DNA from: Syntrophorhabdaceae bacterium
Lineage (GTDB): Bacteria > Desulfobacterota > Syntrophorhabdia > Syntrophorhabdales > Syntrophorhabdaceae
Assembly: GCA_026415675.1 (NCBI GenBank)
Contig: JAOAGQ010000022.1
Coordinates: 4,087-68,086 of the forward strand
Direction of reading: 5' to 3'
Length of the DNA: 64,000 nucleotides
Shown: positions 1 to 9,395 of the stretch, one piece after another
Numbering within the stretch: the stretch's first letter is position 1
Layout of the letters: the number at the start of each line of letters is the position of its first letter
The notes under the pieces: model-generated
Databases searched by the model: none
What the model was told of the DNA's origin: nothing
What the model saw: the letters and a program-made list of their open reading frames with translations, nothing else
Position numbers and translations under genes: made by a program

Positions 1-369
1 TGTGAAATAAAAGACGCTCCTCAACGATACCCCCATCACCACATCCCAGCTTTCGTCCGTCATATCGACTATACGGGATGGCCTGTTCGTCCCTGCGTTG
101 TTGAAGAGTATATCTATCCTGCCAAATAGTTCCATCGTTTCCTTTACCGCCTGTCTTATCTCTTCAAGATTTAACACATCACACTTAATCCCTATGGCCT
201 CAACGGCGAATTCTCTTTTAATCTCTTCCGCGGTCTTTATGGATCTTGCCTCATGGGCGTCTGTAATGACAACGGATGCACCCTCCCGGGCAAATGTCCT
301 TGCCGTTGCCCTGCCTATACCTGCCCCTGCAGCAGCGGTCAATATCGCCACCCTGTTTTTAAGTCTCAT
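1..369 (-). CDS. SDR-family (short-chain dehydrogenase/reductase) oxidoreductase, N-terminal part; gene runs off the left edge
   Basis: Absent from the ORF track because it is truncated. Reverse complement from ATG (367-369) reads MRLKNRVAILTAAAGAGIGRATARTFAREGASVVITD...IDILFNNAGT, showing the TGxxxGIG Rossmann motif and NNAG motif. The frame is open to base 1. The + ORF 98-439 is its shadow. Confidence 0.7.
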   Translation of the reverse strand, partial: MRLKNRVAILTAAAGAGIGRATARTFAREGASVVITDAHEARSIKTAEEIKREFAVEAIGIKCDVLNLEEIRQAVKETMELFGRIDILFNNAGTNRPSRIVDMTDESWDVVMGVSLRSVFYFT

Positions 370-489
370 AACTGTCAATATAATACAGGATGTCCTTTTA
401 TCGCTCAAGGATAAAACATATTCTCTGAAAACATACTGAAAAAACGGAAAATAATAAGTCCTTTGCAATTTTTATCGTTTTACGTTTAT

Positions 490-518
490 TTGAAGTTAAA
501 AACGCAAAGTGTTATATT
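490..518 (+). promoter_or_regulatory. candidate sigma70-type promoter for the permease gene
   Basis: TTGAAG (490-495), 17-nt spacer, TATATT (513-518), about 25 nt upstream of ATG 542. Confidence 0.35.
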
Positions 519-2518
519 ACACTCCGAATGATAGAGACGAAATGAAAGGCTCAGAAGAGGAAGAACCATTCTTTAAAAGAATAAAGCGTATTTTAATAGG
601 TAGACCCAGGGACGTCCACGAACCATCAATCTTTCACAGGTTATCACTTATACCTGTCCTCGCATGGATAGGTTTAGGGGCCGATGGATTATCTTCTTCT
701 GCCTATGGCCCGGAAGAGGCCTTCAAGGTCATAGGTAACCATCCCTATCTGGCGATTTTTCTTGGTTTAGGCACGGCCCTCACCGTGTTTATTATCTCCT
801 ATGCGTATTCCCGCATCATAGAACATTTCCCCCACGGTGGGGGTGGCTATATTGTCGCAACCCATACCATAGGGAGCCATGCAGGGGTAATATCAGGATG
901 TGCCCTTCTCGTCGATTATATGCTCACAATTACCGTATCCCTTGTTTCCTGTGGAGATGCCCTGTTCAGTTTCTTTCCCTTGTCCTTTCAGAGATACAAA
1001 ATATTTTTTGCCGTTTTTCTCATCGTTTTTCTCGTTATTCTTAACCTAAGAGGCACAAAAGAGTCTGTTACTTTGCTTGCCCCTATATTCATAATATTTG
1101 TCGTTACCCATGCCCTCCTAATAGGATATGGGTTTTTCAGTCATATACCGAATGTAAGTAACCTCGTGGATGAGGTCAGAGGCAGCATAAATAATGATAT
1201 CTCATCAATAGGATTATCAGGAATTGTTGCGATTTTTCTCCGGGCATTCTCTCTGGGGGGAGGGACATATACGGGCCTTGAGGCCGTCTCAAACGGGATG
1301 CAGATCATGCGGGAACCAAAGGTTCATTCAGGAAAAAGGACGATGACCTATATGGCGACATCCCTTGCGATCACCGCCTGCGGTCTTTTTTTCTGTTACT
1401 ACCTTTTCAGGATTAAACCGGTTGAAGGCAGAACGTTAAACGCCATCCTCGCCGATGAGGTATTCGCAGGATGGTACTCGGGTTACACCCTCGCTTTGAT
1501 CACAATCCTGTCAGAAGGGGCCCTTCTTATCGTGGCCGCTCAGGCAGGTTTTATTGACGGGCCGAGGGTTATGGCCAATATGGCGATTGACTCATGGTTG
1601 CCCCGAAGATTTGCTGCCTTATCAGAACGTCTCACAATGCATAACGGTGTTCTCGTGATGGGCGTTGCCTCCCTTGTACTTCTTGTCTATACCCACGGCT
1701 CGGTTTCAGCCCTTATAGTAATGTATTCGATCAATGTCTTTCTCACCTTCTCCCTTTCCCAGCTCGGTATGGTCCGTTTTTTCCTAAAAAATAGGGATAA
1801 GGATAGGGGCTGGAAAAAACATATAGTTGTTCATATGGTCGGCCTTACGGTATGTCTCACGATACTCTTTATCACCATATATGAAAAGTTTGGAGAAGGG
1901 GGATGGGTTACACTCATTATAACCTCGTTTGTTATATTCTTGTGCTATCTGATCAAGAACCATTATAAAAAGGTTCAACTTGCGATGAAAAAACTCGGGG
2001 ATATGCTCTCCGATATCCCTGCGAGCACCCCATTTAATGACAAACCCCTTAATAAAAGTGATATGACCGCGATTCTCCTTGTCAGTGGCTTCAGTGGTTT
2101 CGGACTCCACACCCTTCTCTCGATCGTAAACAATTTTCCAAATGTTTATAAGAATTTTATATTCGTATCTGTTGCGGAGGTTGATTCCGGATCCTTTAAA
2201 GGGATTGCGGAGATGGAATCTCTTAAAAAATCAGTTTCAAGAGACCTTGAGAGATATGTAAAGATAACAAGGAAGCATGGCTTCCCTGCCGATTACAGGA
2301 TGGAGGTAGGTACAGATGTAATCGAGACGGTAACAGAACTGGTTAAATCCCTTGTGAGGGAATATCCGAGGTCTACCGTGTTTACTGGAAGGCTTGTTTT
2401 TTATCAGGAACATCTATTCCATAAGATACTCCATAACGAAACGGCCAACGCCATACAGAGACGTCTCCACTGGGACGGCATTACCACCGTGATACTCCCC
2501 ATCCGTATAAAAATTTAG
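509..2518 (+). CDS. APC-superfamily amino acid/cation permease with soluble C-terminal (USP-like) domain
   Basis: 669-aa ORF with about 12 hydrophobic helices and the N-terminal block GLGADGLSSSAYGPEE typical of this permease group. It has a hydrophilic tail of about 190 aa. The real start is probably ATG 542 (MKGSEEEE) rather than GTG 509. Confidence 0.7.
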   Translation: MLYYTPNDRDEMKGSEEEEPFFKRIKRILIGRPRDVHEPSIFHRLSLIPVLAWIGLGADGLSSSAYGPEEAFKVIGNHPYLAIFLGLGTALTVFIISYAYSRIIEHFPHGGGGYIVATHTIGSHAGVISGCALLVDYMLTITVSLVSCGDALFSFFPLSFQRYKIFFAVFLIVFLVILNLRGTKESVTLLAPIFIIFVVTHALLIGYGFFSHIPNVSNLVDEVRGSINNDISSIGLSGIVAIFLRAFSLGGGTYTGLEAVSNGMQIMREPKVHSGKRTMTYMATSLAITACGLFFCYYLFRIKPVEGRTLNAILADEVFAGWYSGYTLALITILSEGALLIVAAQAGFIDGPRVMANMAIDSWLPRRFAALSERLTMHNGVLVMGVASLVLLVYTHGSVSALIVMYSINVFLTFSLSQLGMVRFFLKNRDKDRGWKKHIVVHMVGLTVCLTILFITIYEKFGEGGWVTLIITSFVIFLCYLIKNHYKKVQLAMKKLGDMLSDIPASTPFNDKPLNKSDMTAILLVSGFSGFGLHTLLSIVNNFPNVYKNFIFVSVAEVDSGSFKGIAEMESLKKSVSRDLERYVKITRKHGFPADYRMEVGTDVIETVTELVKSLVREYPRSTVFTGRLVFYQEHLFHKILHNETANAIQRRLHWDGITTVILPIRIKI

Positions 2519-2570
2519 AATTGAAGGCTCTCTATTATATCTTTGTTTCGCCATCCTCCTTTGGCTATTA

Positions 2571-2599
2571 TTGACAAATCCTCATATTTTTTATAACAT
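2571..2599 (+). promoter_or_regulatory. candidate promoter for response-regulator/kinase genes
   Basis: Perfect TTGACA (2571-2576), followed by TATAAC at a 15-nt spacer or TAACAT at a 17-nt spacer. AGGGAG Shine-Dalgarno lies before ATG 2646. Confidence 0.3.
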
Positions 2600-2645
2600 T
2601 AACAGATTTTTAAGCCTTTTAAAAATATGACAGGGAGATGGAGAC

Positions 2646-3047
2646 ATGGAGAAAAAGACAAAGATCCTGCTTGTTGACAACGATGTAGATTTTGTGGATT
2701 TGCATAAGGCTGTTCTTGAAAACAACGGGTTCGATGTGGCTGTAGCCTATGCAGGAAGGGAAGTGATGGACAAGGTAAAATTTGAACAGCCCGATATCAT
2801 AGTCCTTGATCTCATGCTTGAAAAACATGACACAGGTTTTGGTGTTGCCAAGGCGCTGAAGGCGGACCCCGTGTATAAAAAGATACCTATCTTGATGATC
2901 ACCGCTGTGTTGGGGGAGACAGGTATGGATTTTTCACAGGAGCTGGATGGCTACTGGATGAAAACGGATGACTATATGAACAAGCCATTCACGCCGGAAG
3001 AACTGGTTGGAAGGATTAAAAAATTGCTTGAAAAGAAGGGTAGTTGA
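2646..3047 (+). CDS. stand-alone response regulator receiver (CheY-like)
   Basis: 133 aa. It has the acidic pocket LLVDND, the phospho-acceptor context IIVLDLML, and T/K motifs (MITAV, NKPF). There is no output domain. Confidence 0.85.
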   Translation: MEKKTKILLVDNDVDFVDLHKAVLENNGFDVAVAYAGREVMDKVKFEQPDIIVLDLMLEKHDTGFGVAKALKADPVYKKIPILMITAVLGETGMDFSQELDGYWMKTDDYMNKPFTPEELVGRIKKLLEKKGS

Positions 3048-3084
3048 AATTTCCCTACCGTAGAACGGTGTATTTTTTAGTTTA

Positions 3085-4167
3085 ATGGGACACGAGCTCA
3101 CAAAAGATACGATCGATTTTCACGCTGTAGTTAACTCTTTAACGGATGGTATCATTGTGATCGATAGTGCCCGAAGGGTTGTCTTCTGGAACCCTGCCGC
3201 AGAGAAGATGCTTGGATTAAACGAAAAAACTGAAGGATCAAGAGAAATAAGGGATGTGATACAATATAGACCCCTATCCAATATCATCGAGAAAGGTTTT
3301 GGCCCAGAAACCTCTCAGTATTCGATTATTTCCGAGGAGGTAGAGATAGATTACCCCTCGGAGAGGACACTGATGGTGGATGTTCTAAGGGTTAAGGATG
3401 AGAAGGCCCAAGACTACGGTATTGTAAGTATTCTTAGGGATATCACGACATTAAAGAGTATAGGGAAGATAAAGTCACAGTTCGTTGCCATGGTCACCCA
3501 TGAGTTGAGGGCCCCTCTATCTGCTGTAGAGGGCTACCTTTCCGCCTTTATAAACCAATCGGCAGGAAATGACCCGCAGATGTATCTCGAGATGATGAAG
3601 AGGGCAAGACAGAGAACTAAAGCCCTTTTACAGTTGATTGAGGACCTCCTCCATTATTCTCGATTAGAGGCAAAGTCGCCACCGAGAAAGAGGGAGATGT
3701 TAAACATTCCAGAGTTAATATCGAATACTGTGGAGATGCTGAAATGTCAGAGCCGATCGAAGGATATTAAATTTAAAATCGATATAGACCATTCCATGCC
3801 TTTATTCGAGGCGGACCGGCAGGAGATGGAGCAGTTACTAACCAACCTTATCACAAACGCCATCAAATACAATAAAAAAGACGGAAAAGTCTTTATAAAG
3901 GCGTATACAGATAAAAAAAACCTGTGTATCGTTGTTCAGGATACGGGGATAGGCATCAATGAAGAGGATCTCCCTTATATATTTGATGAGTTTTTCAGGG
4001 CGAGCAATGCGGAGACCCGTTATATAACAGGTACAGGGCTGGGGTTAACTATCGTCAAGAAGATAGTGGACGCATATTTTGGAAAGATAACCGTTGAAAG
4101 CAAGGTGGGAAAAGGCACAAAGTTTACGGTGATTTTACCATGTAAGGATAAAAAAGGCACAAATTAA
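3085..4167 (+). CDS. PAS-domain sensor histidine kinase
   Basis: N-terminal PAS (GIIVIDSARRVVFWNPAAEKMLG), H-box VTHELRAPLSAV, N box NLITNAIKYN, G boxes DTGIGI and GTGLGLTIVK. Confidence 0.85.
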   Translation: MGHELTKDTIDFHAVVNSLTDGIIVIDSARRVVFWNPAAEKMLGLNEKTEGSREIRDVIQYRPLSNIIEKGFGPETSQYSIISEEVEIDYPSERTLMVDVLRVKDEKAQDYGIVSILRDITTLKSIGKIKSQFVAMVTHELRAPLSAVEGYLSAFINQSAGNDPQMYLEMMKRARQRTKALLQLIEDLLHYSRLEAKSPPRKREMLNIPELISNTVEMLKCQSRSKDIKFKIDIDHSMPLFEADRQEMEQLLTNLITNAIKYNKKDGKVFIKAYTDKKNLCIVVQDTGIGINEEDLPYIFDEFFRASNAETRYITGTGLGLTIVKKIVDAYFGKITVESKVGKGTKFTVILPCKDKKGTN

Positions 4168-4194
4168 TGTAAAATCAAATAAAAGGAGAAATCT

Positions 4195-6453
4195 ATGGCA
4201 GAACAACCAAAACTAAATGAAATTGTGGAAAAGAGACAGCTGGCCCCTTCGATCACCCTCTTCAAACTCTATACCCCCGACATTGCTAAGAAGGCAAAGC
4301 CGGGGCAGTTTGTAGTATTGAGGGCCGATGATTACGCAGAGAGGATACCCCTTACAATTGCCGATTTCGACAGGGAGAAAGGCCTTTTGACGGTAATCTT
4401 CCAGACCGTTGGCGCATCCACCCAGAAGCTCGAGCAGTTCAATGAGGGACAGACGATACTCGATGTGGTAGGTCCCCTTGGAAAACCAAGCCATATAGAG
4501 AAATTCGGAACCGTTGTGTGTGTGGGCGGTGGAGTGGGGGTCGCCCCTGTTTATCCGATCGCGAAGGCCTTATACGAAAAGGGGAATGAGGTAATCTCCA
4601 TCATAGGTGCGAGAAGCAAAGAGATGCTGATTCTCGAAGAAGAGATGAGGGCGGTAAGCCATACCCTCTATGTTACAACGGATGATGGTTCTTATGGTCA
4701 CCACGGTTTTGTGACGGATGTTCTGAAAAAGGTGATTGAGGAGGGTAAAAGAATAGACGAGGTGATAGGGATCGGGCCTGTGGTGATGATGAAGGCGGTG
4801 GCGGATGTAACGAGACCCTATAATCTGAAAACCATCGTAAGTCTGAACACGATAATGGTCGACGGTACCGGTATGTGCGGTTGCTGTCGGGCAACGATAG
4901 GGGGGCAGACAAAGTTTGTCTGTGTCGATGGCCCGGAGTTTGACGCCCATCAGGTGGACTTCAAAGAACTCCTCCTCCGCTCAAAGATGTACAGCAGGGA
5001 AGAGAGAAGGGCCATGTGGGACCATAAATGCAAGCTTGAGGCAAAGGAAAAGGCCTTGAAAAAGGTTAAGAAACGTGAGCCCATGCCCGAGCAGAACCCC
5101 AAGGTAAGGATTCAGAACTTCAACGAGGTAGCCCTCGGTTATACAAGGGAGAATGCCTTAAGGGAGGCATCGCGGTGTCTGAACTGCAAGAATATGCCCT
5201 GTGTGGAGGGGTGTCCCGTGAATGTCCAGATCCCAAAATTCATCAAAAAGATAAAGGAAGGGGATTTCATGGGAGCGATCCATACGATAAAGGAGACAAA
5301 CTCCCTTCCTGCGGTGTGCGGTCGTGTATGTCCCCAGGAGACCCAGTGTGAGGAAAAATGTGTCCTCGGAAAAAAGGGAGAACCTGTAGCGATAGGGAGA
5401 CTTGAACGTTTTGCCGCTGACTATGAGTTGAGCCTCGGAGAGGTAAGGGTCCCCGATCCGCCGAAACCTACAGGAAAAAAGGTTGCCGTTGTTGGCGCAG
5501 GCCCTGCAGGATTGACTGTGGCAGGGGAGCTGGCGAAAAAGGGGCATGATGTAACAGTATTCGAAGCCCTCCATAAGGCAGGGGGTGTCCTTGTGTACGG
5601 TATCCCCGAATTTCGTCTCCCCAAGGCCATAGTGCAGAGGGAGGTAGACTATGTGAGTAAACTCGGGGCAAAGATAAAGGTCGATACGATCATAGGACAG
5701 ACAACGACGGTGGATGAGCTCTTTGACCAGGGTTTTGACGCTATATTCATAGGCACCGGGGCAGGACTCCCTTATTTTATGGGCATTCCCGGGGAGAACC
5801 TAAACGGTGTATATTCCGCTAATGAGTTTCTCACAAGGGCGAACCTTATGAAGGCATATCTATTCCCCGAATACGACACCCCTGTCAGGGTAGGCAGTAA
5901 AGTCGCTGTAATAGGGGGCGGTAATGTGGCGATGGATGCGGCGAGGGTGTCAAAGAGGATGGGCGCCGATGATGTCTATCTCATATACAGGCGTTCCAGG
6001 ACGGAGATGCCTGCAAGGGCCGAGGAAGTCCATCACGCAGAGGAAGAGGGTATAGATTTCAGGCTCCTTACAAACCCTGTGAGGATTATCGGGGATGAGA
6101 ACGGCTGGGTGAAGGCGATAGAGTGTATAAGGATGGAACTCGGGGAACCCGATGCCTCCGGGAGGAGAAGACCTATCGAGATCAAGGGTTCCGAATATAC
6201 CATAGACGTTGATGTGGTCGTTGTGGCCATAGGGCAGGGGCCAAACCCCATACTCACATCCACAACAGAAGGTCTAAAGCTCCGTAAATCAGGAAACATC
6301 GAAGCGGATCCGGAGACAGGCAAGACGAGCAGAAAAGGGGTATTTGCCGGGGGAGATATAGTTACAGGGGCAGCTACCGTGATTCTCGCCATGGGGGCCG
6401 GAAGAAAGGCTGCCGCAGCCATAGACGAGTATCTAAAGACCGGCATCTGGTAA
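4195..6453 (+). CDS. nfnAB: fused NfnA-NfnB-type NADH-dependent reduced ferredoxin:NADP+ oxidoreductase (sulfide dehydrogenase/glutamate synthase small-subunit family)
   Basis: About the first 280 aa resemble the FNR / PyrK electron-transfer subunit (RIPLTIADF, GGGVGVAP, C-terminal CGCCR...C 2Fe-2S motif). The rest resembles the GltD/NfnB type: two Cys clusters (CLNCKNMPC...C; CGRVCPQETQCEEKC), GAGPAG Rossmann motifs and GGNVAMD. Confidence 0.8.
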   Translation: MAEQPKLNEIVEKRQLAPSITLFKLYTPDIAKKAKPGQFVVLRADDYAERIPLTIADFDREKGLLTVIFQTVGASTQKLEQFNEGQTILDVVGPLGKPSHIEKFGTVVCVGGGVGVAPVYPIAKALYEKGNEVISIIGARSKEMLILEEEMRAVSHTLYVTTDDGSYGHHGFVTDVLKKVIEEGKRIDEVIGIGPVVMMKAVADVTRPYNLKTIVSLNTIMVDGTGMCGCCRATIGGQTKFVCVDGPEFDAHQVDFKELLLRSKMYSREERRAMWDHKCKLEAKEKALKKVKKREPMPEQNPKVRIQNFNEVALGYTRENALREASRCLNCKNMPCVEGCPVNVQIPKFIKKIKEGDFMGAIHTIKETNSLPAVCGRVCPQETQCEEKCVLGKKGEPVAIGRLERFAADYELSLGEVRVPDPPKPTGKKVAVVGAGPAGLTVAGELAKKGHDVTVFEALHKAGGVLVYGIPEFRLPKAIVQREVDYVSKLGAKIKVDTIIGQTTTVDELFDQGFDAIFIGTGAGLPYFMGIPGENLNGVYSANEFLTRANLMKAYLFPEYDTPVRVGSKVAVIGGGNVAMDAARVSKRMGADDVYLIYRRSRTEMPARAEEVHHAEEEGIDFRLLTNPVRIIGDENGWVKAIECIRMELGEPDASGRRRPIEIKGSEYTIDVDVVVVAIGQGPNPILTSTTEGLKLRKSGNIEADPETGKTSRKGVFAGGDIVTGAATVILAMGAGRKAAAAIDEYLKTGIW

Positions 6454-6477
6454 TGACGAAAAGTAAAATCATAAGAG

Positions 6478-6511
6478 ACGGGAAGGGGATAAAACCCTTC
6501 CCGTTTTTTTG
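6478..6511 (+). terminator. rho-independent terminator after nfnAB
   Basis: ACGGGAAGGG (6478-6487) pairs perfectly with CCCTTCCCGT (6495-6504) around a 7-nt loop, followed by a T7 run. Confidence 0.85.
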
Positions 6512-6537
6512 TATCTAAAAGGGGCATGACGGATAGA

Positions 6538-6566
6538 TTGACAATACCGTCCTTCCTCTGATAGAT
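6538..6566 (+). promoter_or_regulatory. candidate promoter for aminotransferase gene
   Basis: TTGACA (6538-6543), 17 nt, ATAGAT (6561-6566). The leader before ATG 6582 would be very short and lacks a Shine-Dalgarno. Confidence 0.3.
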
Positions 6567-6581
6567 AATATCGGGTACACC

Positions 6582-7733
6582 ATGAAACCAACGGAGAGAA
6601 CGGAGAGGATCACCCCGTTTTACGTGATGGAACTCCTTGAAAAGGCAAAGGCGATGGAGGCAAGGGGGGAGGATATCGTCCATATGGAAGTGGGGGAGCC
6701 CGATTTCCCTACCCCGGATAGGATCAAAGAGAAGGCGATCGAGGCGATTAAGGAGAATCACACCTTCTACACCCATAGCCTCGGCATACCTGAACTGAGA
6801 GAGAGGATTGCCGAATACTATAGAACGACAGAAGGTATATCGATCGATAAAGACCGTATAATCATCACAAGCGGTACATCCGGAGCCTTTTTGCTCCTCT
6901 TCAGTGTCCTCCTCGATAGCACAAGGAGCCTCGGTGTCTCAGACCCAGGGTACCCCTGCTATAAAAATGCAGGTATCCTCGTAGATGGGGAGGTTATACC
7001 CATTCCTGTGACAGAGGAGACGAGGTTTGAGATAACCGAAGAACACCTGAAAAAATTGAAGAAAATACCGGATGTGCTTATCGTATCTACCCCATCAAAC
7101 CCTACAGGTATCGTCTATCGGGAAGAGAATTTGAGGAAGCTATGTGAGTTTATGTTGAACGAAGGTAAAATCCTTGTGGTAGACGAACTCTATAACGGTC
7201 TCATTTACGGAAAAAGGGCAAGATCCGCCCTTTCGATTACGGATGAGGTGATTGTCATAAACGGTTTTTCAAAAACCCATGCAATGACAGGGTGGAGGCT
7301 TGGATGGATGGTGGTTCCGGAAAACCTTATAAGGCCGATACATAAGATCTCCCAAAATGTCTATATATCCCCTCCGTCCATAGCCCAGTACGCAGCCCTG
7401 GCGGCATTTGATGTGGGGGACGACCTCGAAGGGATGAAGAGGACATATGCATCACGGAGGGATTTTTTGCTACCCCACCTGCAAGAAATGGGTTTTTATA
7501 TACCTGTTGTGCCCGAGGGTGCATTTTATATCTACGCCGATATAAGCAAATGGAATATGGACAGTATGGTCTTTGTTGAAAGGGCCTTAAATGAGGCAAA
7601 GGTCGCCATCACACCAGGTTATGATTTCGGGAGATTCAGGGCTGAAACCCACATACGTTTCTCCTACGCAAATAAGATGGAAATGCTTAAAAAGGGGTGT
7701 GAAAGGCTTAAAATATGGCTTGGAACGCTCTGA
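6582..7733 (+). CDS. class I/II PLP-dependent aminotransferase (aspartate/aromatic type)
   Basis: 383 aa. Motifs seen are GEPDFPTP, the SNPTG turn and the PLP-lysine motif NGFSKTHAMTGWRLG. Confidence 0.85.
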   Translation: MKPTERTERITPFYVMELLEKAKAMEARGEDIVHMEVGEPDFPTPDRIKEKAIEAIKENHTFYTHSLGIPELRERIAEYYRTTEGISIDKDRIIITSGTSGAFLLLFSVLLDSTRSLGVSDPGYPCYKNAGILVDGEVIPIPVTEETRFEITEEHLKKLKKIPDVLIVSTPSNPTGIVYREENLRKLCEFMLNEGKILVVDELYNGLIYGKRARSALSITDEVIVINGFSKTHAMTGWRLGWMVVPENLIRPIHKISQNVYISPPSIAQYAALAAFDVGDDLEGMKRTYASRRDFLLPHLQEMGFYIPVVPEGAFYIYADISKWNMDSMVFVERALNEAKVAITPGYDFGRFRAETHIRFSYANKMEMLKKGCERLKIWLGTL

Positions 7734-7781
7734 TGTCCCGGCATTCTTCAAACCATTAGTCTTATTGGACCAATAAAAGTT

Positions 7782-8573
7782 ATGCACGAACTAAAAGAGA
7801 TAGATTACGGCAGATATAAGGTTATCTGTTTTAAGGGGGATGATATAGATGTAAGAAGCCTCCTGGAGGGCAAGAAGGATGGCAGACTCATAGAAGGAAG
7901 GGGACGAGCAGGAATAAGGGTTATTGAACTTCCAGGAAAAAGAATCGTCTCAAGACAGTACGTCCATGGTGGTATATTAAGGGGGATCACAAGAGACCTT
8001 TTTTTTTCGGGGAAAAGGGCGATCAACGAGCTTAAAATCATCGCTTATTTAAAGGAGAGAGGGTTTCCCGTTGTGGAACCGTACTGTGTGGTTATAGAGA
8101 ACCTTTTTTTAAGAAAGCGTCTTTTTATGTTTACGTTCTATGAAGAGAACACGGTATCCTTTCCGGAATACCTAAGGTCTGTAAGAGGAAAGGTGCGTTT
8201 GAGAATAATAAAAAGGCTTGCCCACCTTATGTATACCCTTACCATCCTCAACGTATACCATCCCGATCTCCATCTCGATAACATCCTGATTAAGGAAAAG
8301 GGGGAGATGAGGTTTCTCGATTTCGATAGGGCGTATACCAAAATTTTAAAGGGTAAAGATGTGGAAGAGATGTTCTGGAGATTGAATAGATATGCGGAAA
8401 AATTGGAGAAAAAGGGTATCCTCTCCATAGAACTTTCGGAGAAGGCCTTTTTTTTGAAGATATTTGAGAGGTTATCGGGGGATGAATACCGAAAAAAGAT
8501 GGAAAGAAAGAGCCGGGTTAAAGGTATTCTTACAAAAATCGGATGGTATTTTGAAAAAAAAATATATGGTTAA
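7782..8573 (+). CDS. lipopolysaccharide kinase (Kdo/WaaP/InaA) family protein
   Basis: 263 aa. The kinase catalytic loop YHPDLHLDNILI and the FLDFDRA (DFD/DFG-like) motif are typical of the Kdo/LPS-core kinase family. Confidence 0.6.
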   Translation: MHELKEIDYGRYKVICFKGDDIDVRSLLEGKKDGRLIEGRGRAGIRVIELPGKRIVSRQYVHGGILRGITRDLFFSGKRAINELKIIAYLKERGFPVVEPYCVVIENLFLRKRLFMFTFYEENTVSFPEYLRSVRGKVRLRIIKRLAHLMYTLTILNVYHPDLHLDNILIKEKGEMRFLDFDRAYTKILKGKDVEEMFWRLNRYAEKLEKKGILSIELSEKAFFLKIFERLSGDEYRKKMERKSRVKGILTKIGWYFEKKIYG

Positions 8574-8605
8574 ATTGTGGTAAAATATAGTTCAGGGGAC
8601 AGGAT

Positions 8606-9319
8606 ATGAAGGCAATAAAAGCTTTATTGATTTCATGGGTTATCTTTTTTATCTTTGCCGTACCGTCTTTTCCTCAATCCGACCCCTATTTTCTCAAACG
8701 GAAAGAGATGGTGGAAAGGGACATCATGGGGAGGGGGATTAAAGATAAAAAGGTGCTCGATGCTATGATGAAGGTGGAGAGACACCTCTTTGTCGAGGAA
8801 GGACAGAGGAAAAAGGCGTATAATGACCATCCCCTTCCCATAGGAGAAGGGCAGACCATATCCCAGCCTTATATTGTAGCCCTTATGACAGAGGCGGTTT
8901 CCTTAAAGGGAGGGGAAAAGGTGCTCGAGATAGGGACAGGTTCCGGCTACCAGGCGGCCGTTCTCGCAGAGATAGTAAAAGAAGTCTACACAGTTGAGAT
9001 AAATAAAAAACTTTACGAAACGGCTACGGAGAGATTAAAGAGGTTGGGCTATAGGAACGTTTTTACAAAACTCGGTGATGGTTATCAGGGATGGGAGGAG
9101 CATGCCCCCTTTGATGTTATAATGATTACCGCTGCGGCAGATCACATACCAAAGCCTCTCATATCACAGTTAAAGGAAGGGGGAAGGTTGATCATGCCCC
9201 TTGGACTTCCAAGACTTTATCAGAGCCTCTACCTTGTAACCAAAGAAAAGGGAAAAATAATAAAAAAGGATTTGGGGGGCGTTATATTCGTGCCCATGAC
9301 CGGGGAGGCCCAGAAGTGA
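8606..9319 (+). CDS. pcm: protein-L-isoaspartate O-methyltransferase with N-terminal signal/anchor segment
   Basis: TISQPY motif, SAM-binding [13 protein letters not shown], and C-terminal [12 protein letters not shown]. It is preceded by the hydrophobic leader [24 protein letters not shown]. Confidence 0.85.
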   Translation: MKAIKALLISWVIFFIFAVPSFPQSDPYFLKRKEMVERDIMGRGIKDKKVLDAMMKVERHLFVEEGQRKKAYNDHPLPIGEGQTISQPYIVALMTEAVSLKGGEKVLEIGTGSGYQAAVLAEIVKEVYTVEINKKLYETATERLKRLGYRNVFTKLGDGYQGWEEHAPFDVIMITAAADHIPKPLISQLKEGGRLIMPLGLPRLYQSLYLVTKEKGKIIKKDLGGVIFVPMTGEAQK

Positions 9320-9329
9320 TCCAACACGG

Positions 9330-9358
9330 TTGACATAGATAGATACAGATGGTAATAT
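9330..9358 (+). promoter_or_regulatory. sigma70-type promoter for nitroreductase gene
   Basis: TTGACA (9330-9335), exactly 17 nt, TAATAT (9353-9358). AGGAGG Shine-Dalgarno lies before ATG 9396. Confidence 0.55.
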
Positions 9359-9395
9359 CGAGAAATTTTATCTAAAGGTTCCAGGAGGTTTATAG

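Noticed and set aside
98-439. 113-aa + strand ORF at the left edge
   Set aside because: It is the antisense shadow of a clear SDR gene on the minus strand (Rossmann TGxxxGIG motif from ATG 369). The + product is low-complexity and has no recognisable motifs.
6033-6776. 247-aa minus-strand ORF spanning the nfnAB end and the aminotransferase start
   Set aside because: It is antisense to two well-supported genes and crosses a strong + strand terminator. It has no motifs and a Pro/Ser-rich shadow composition.
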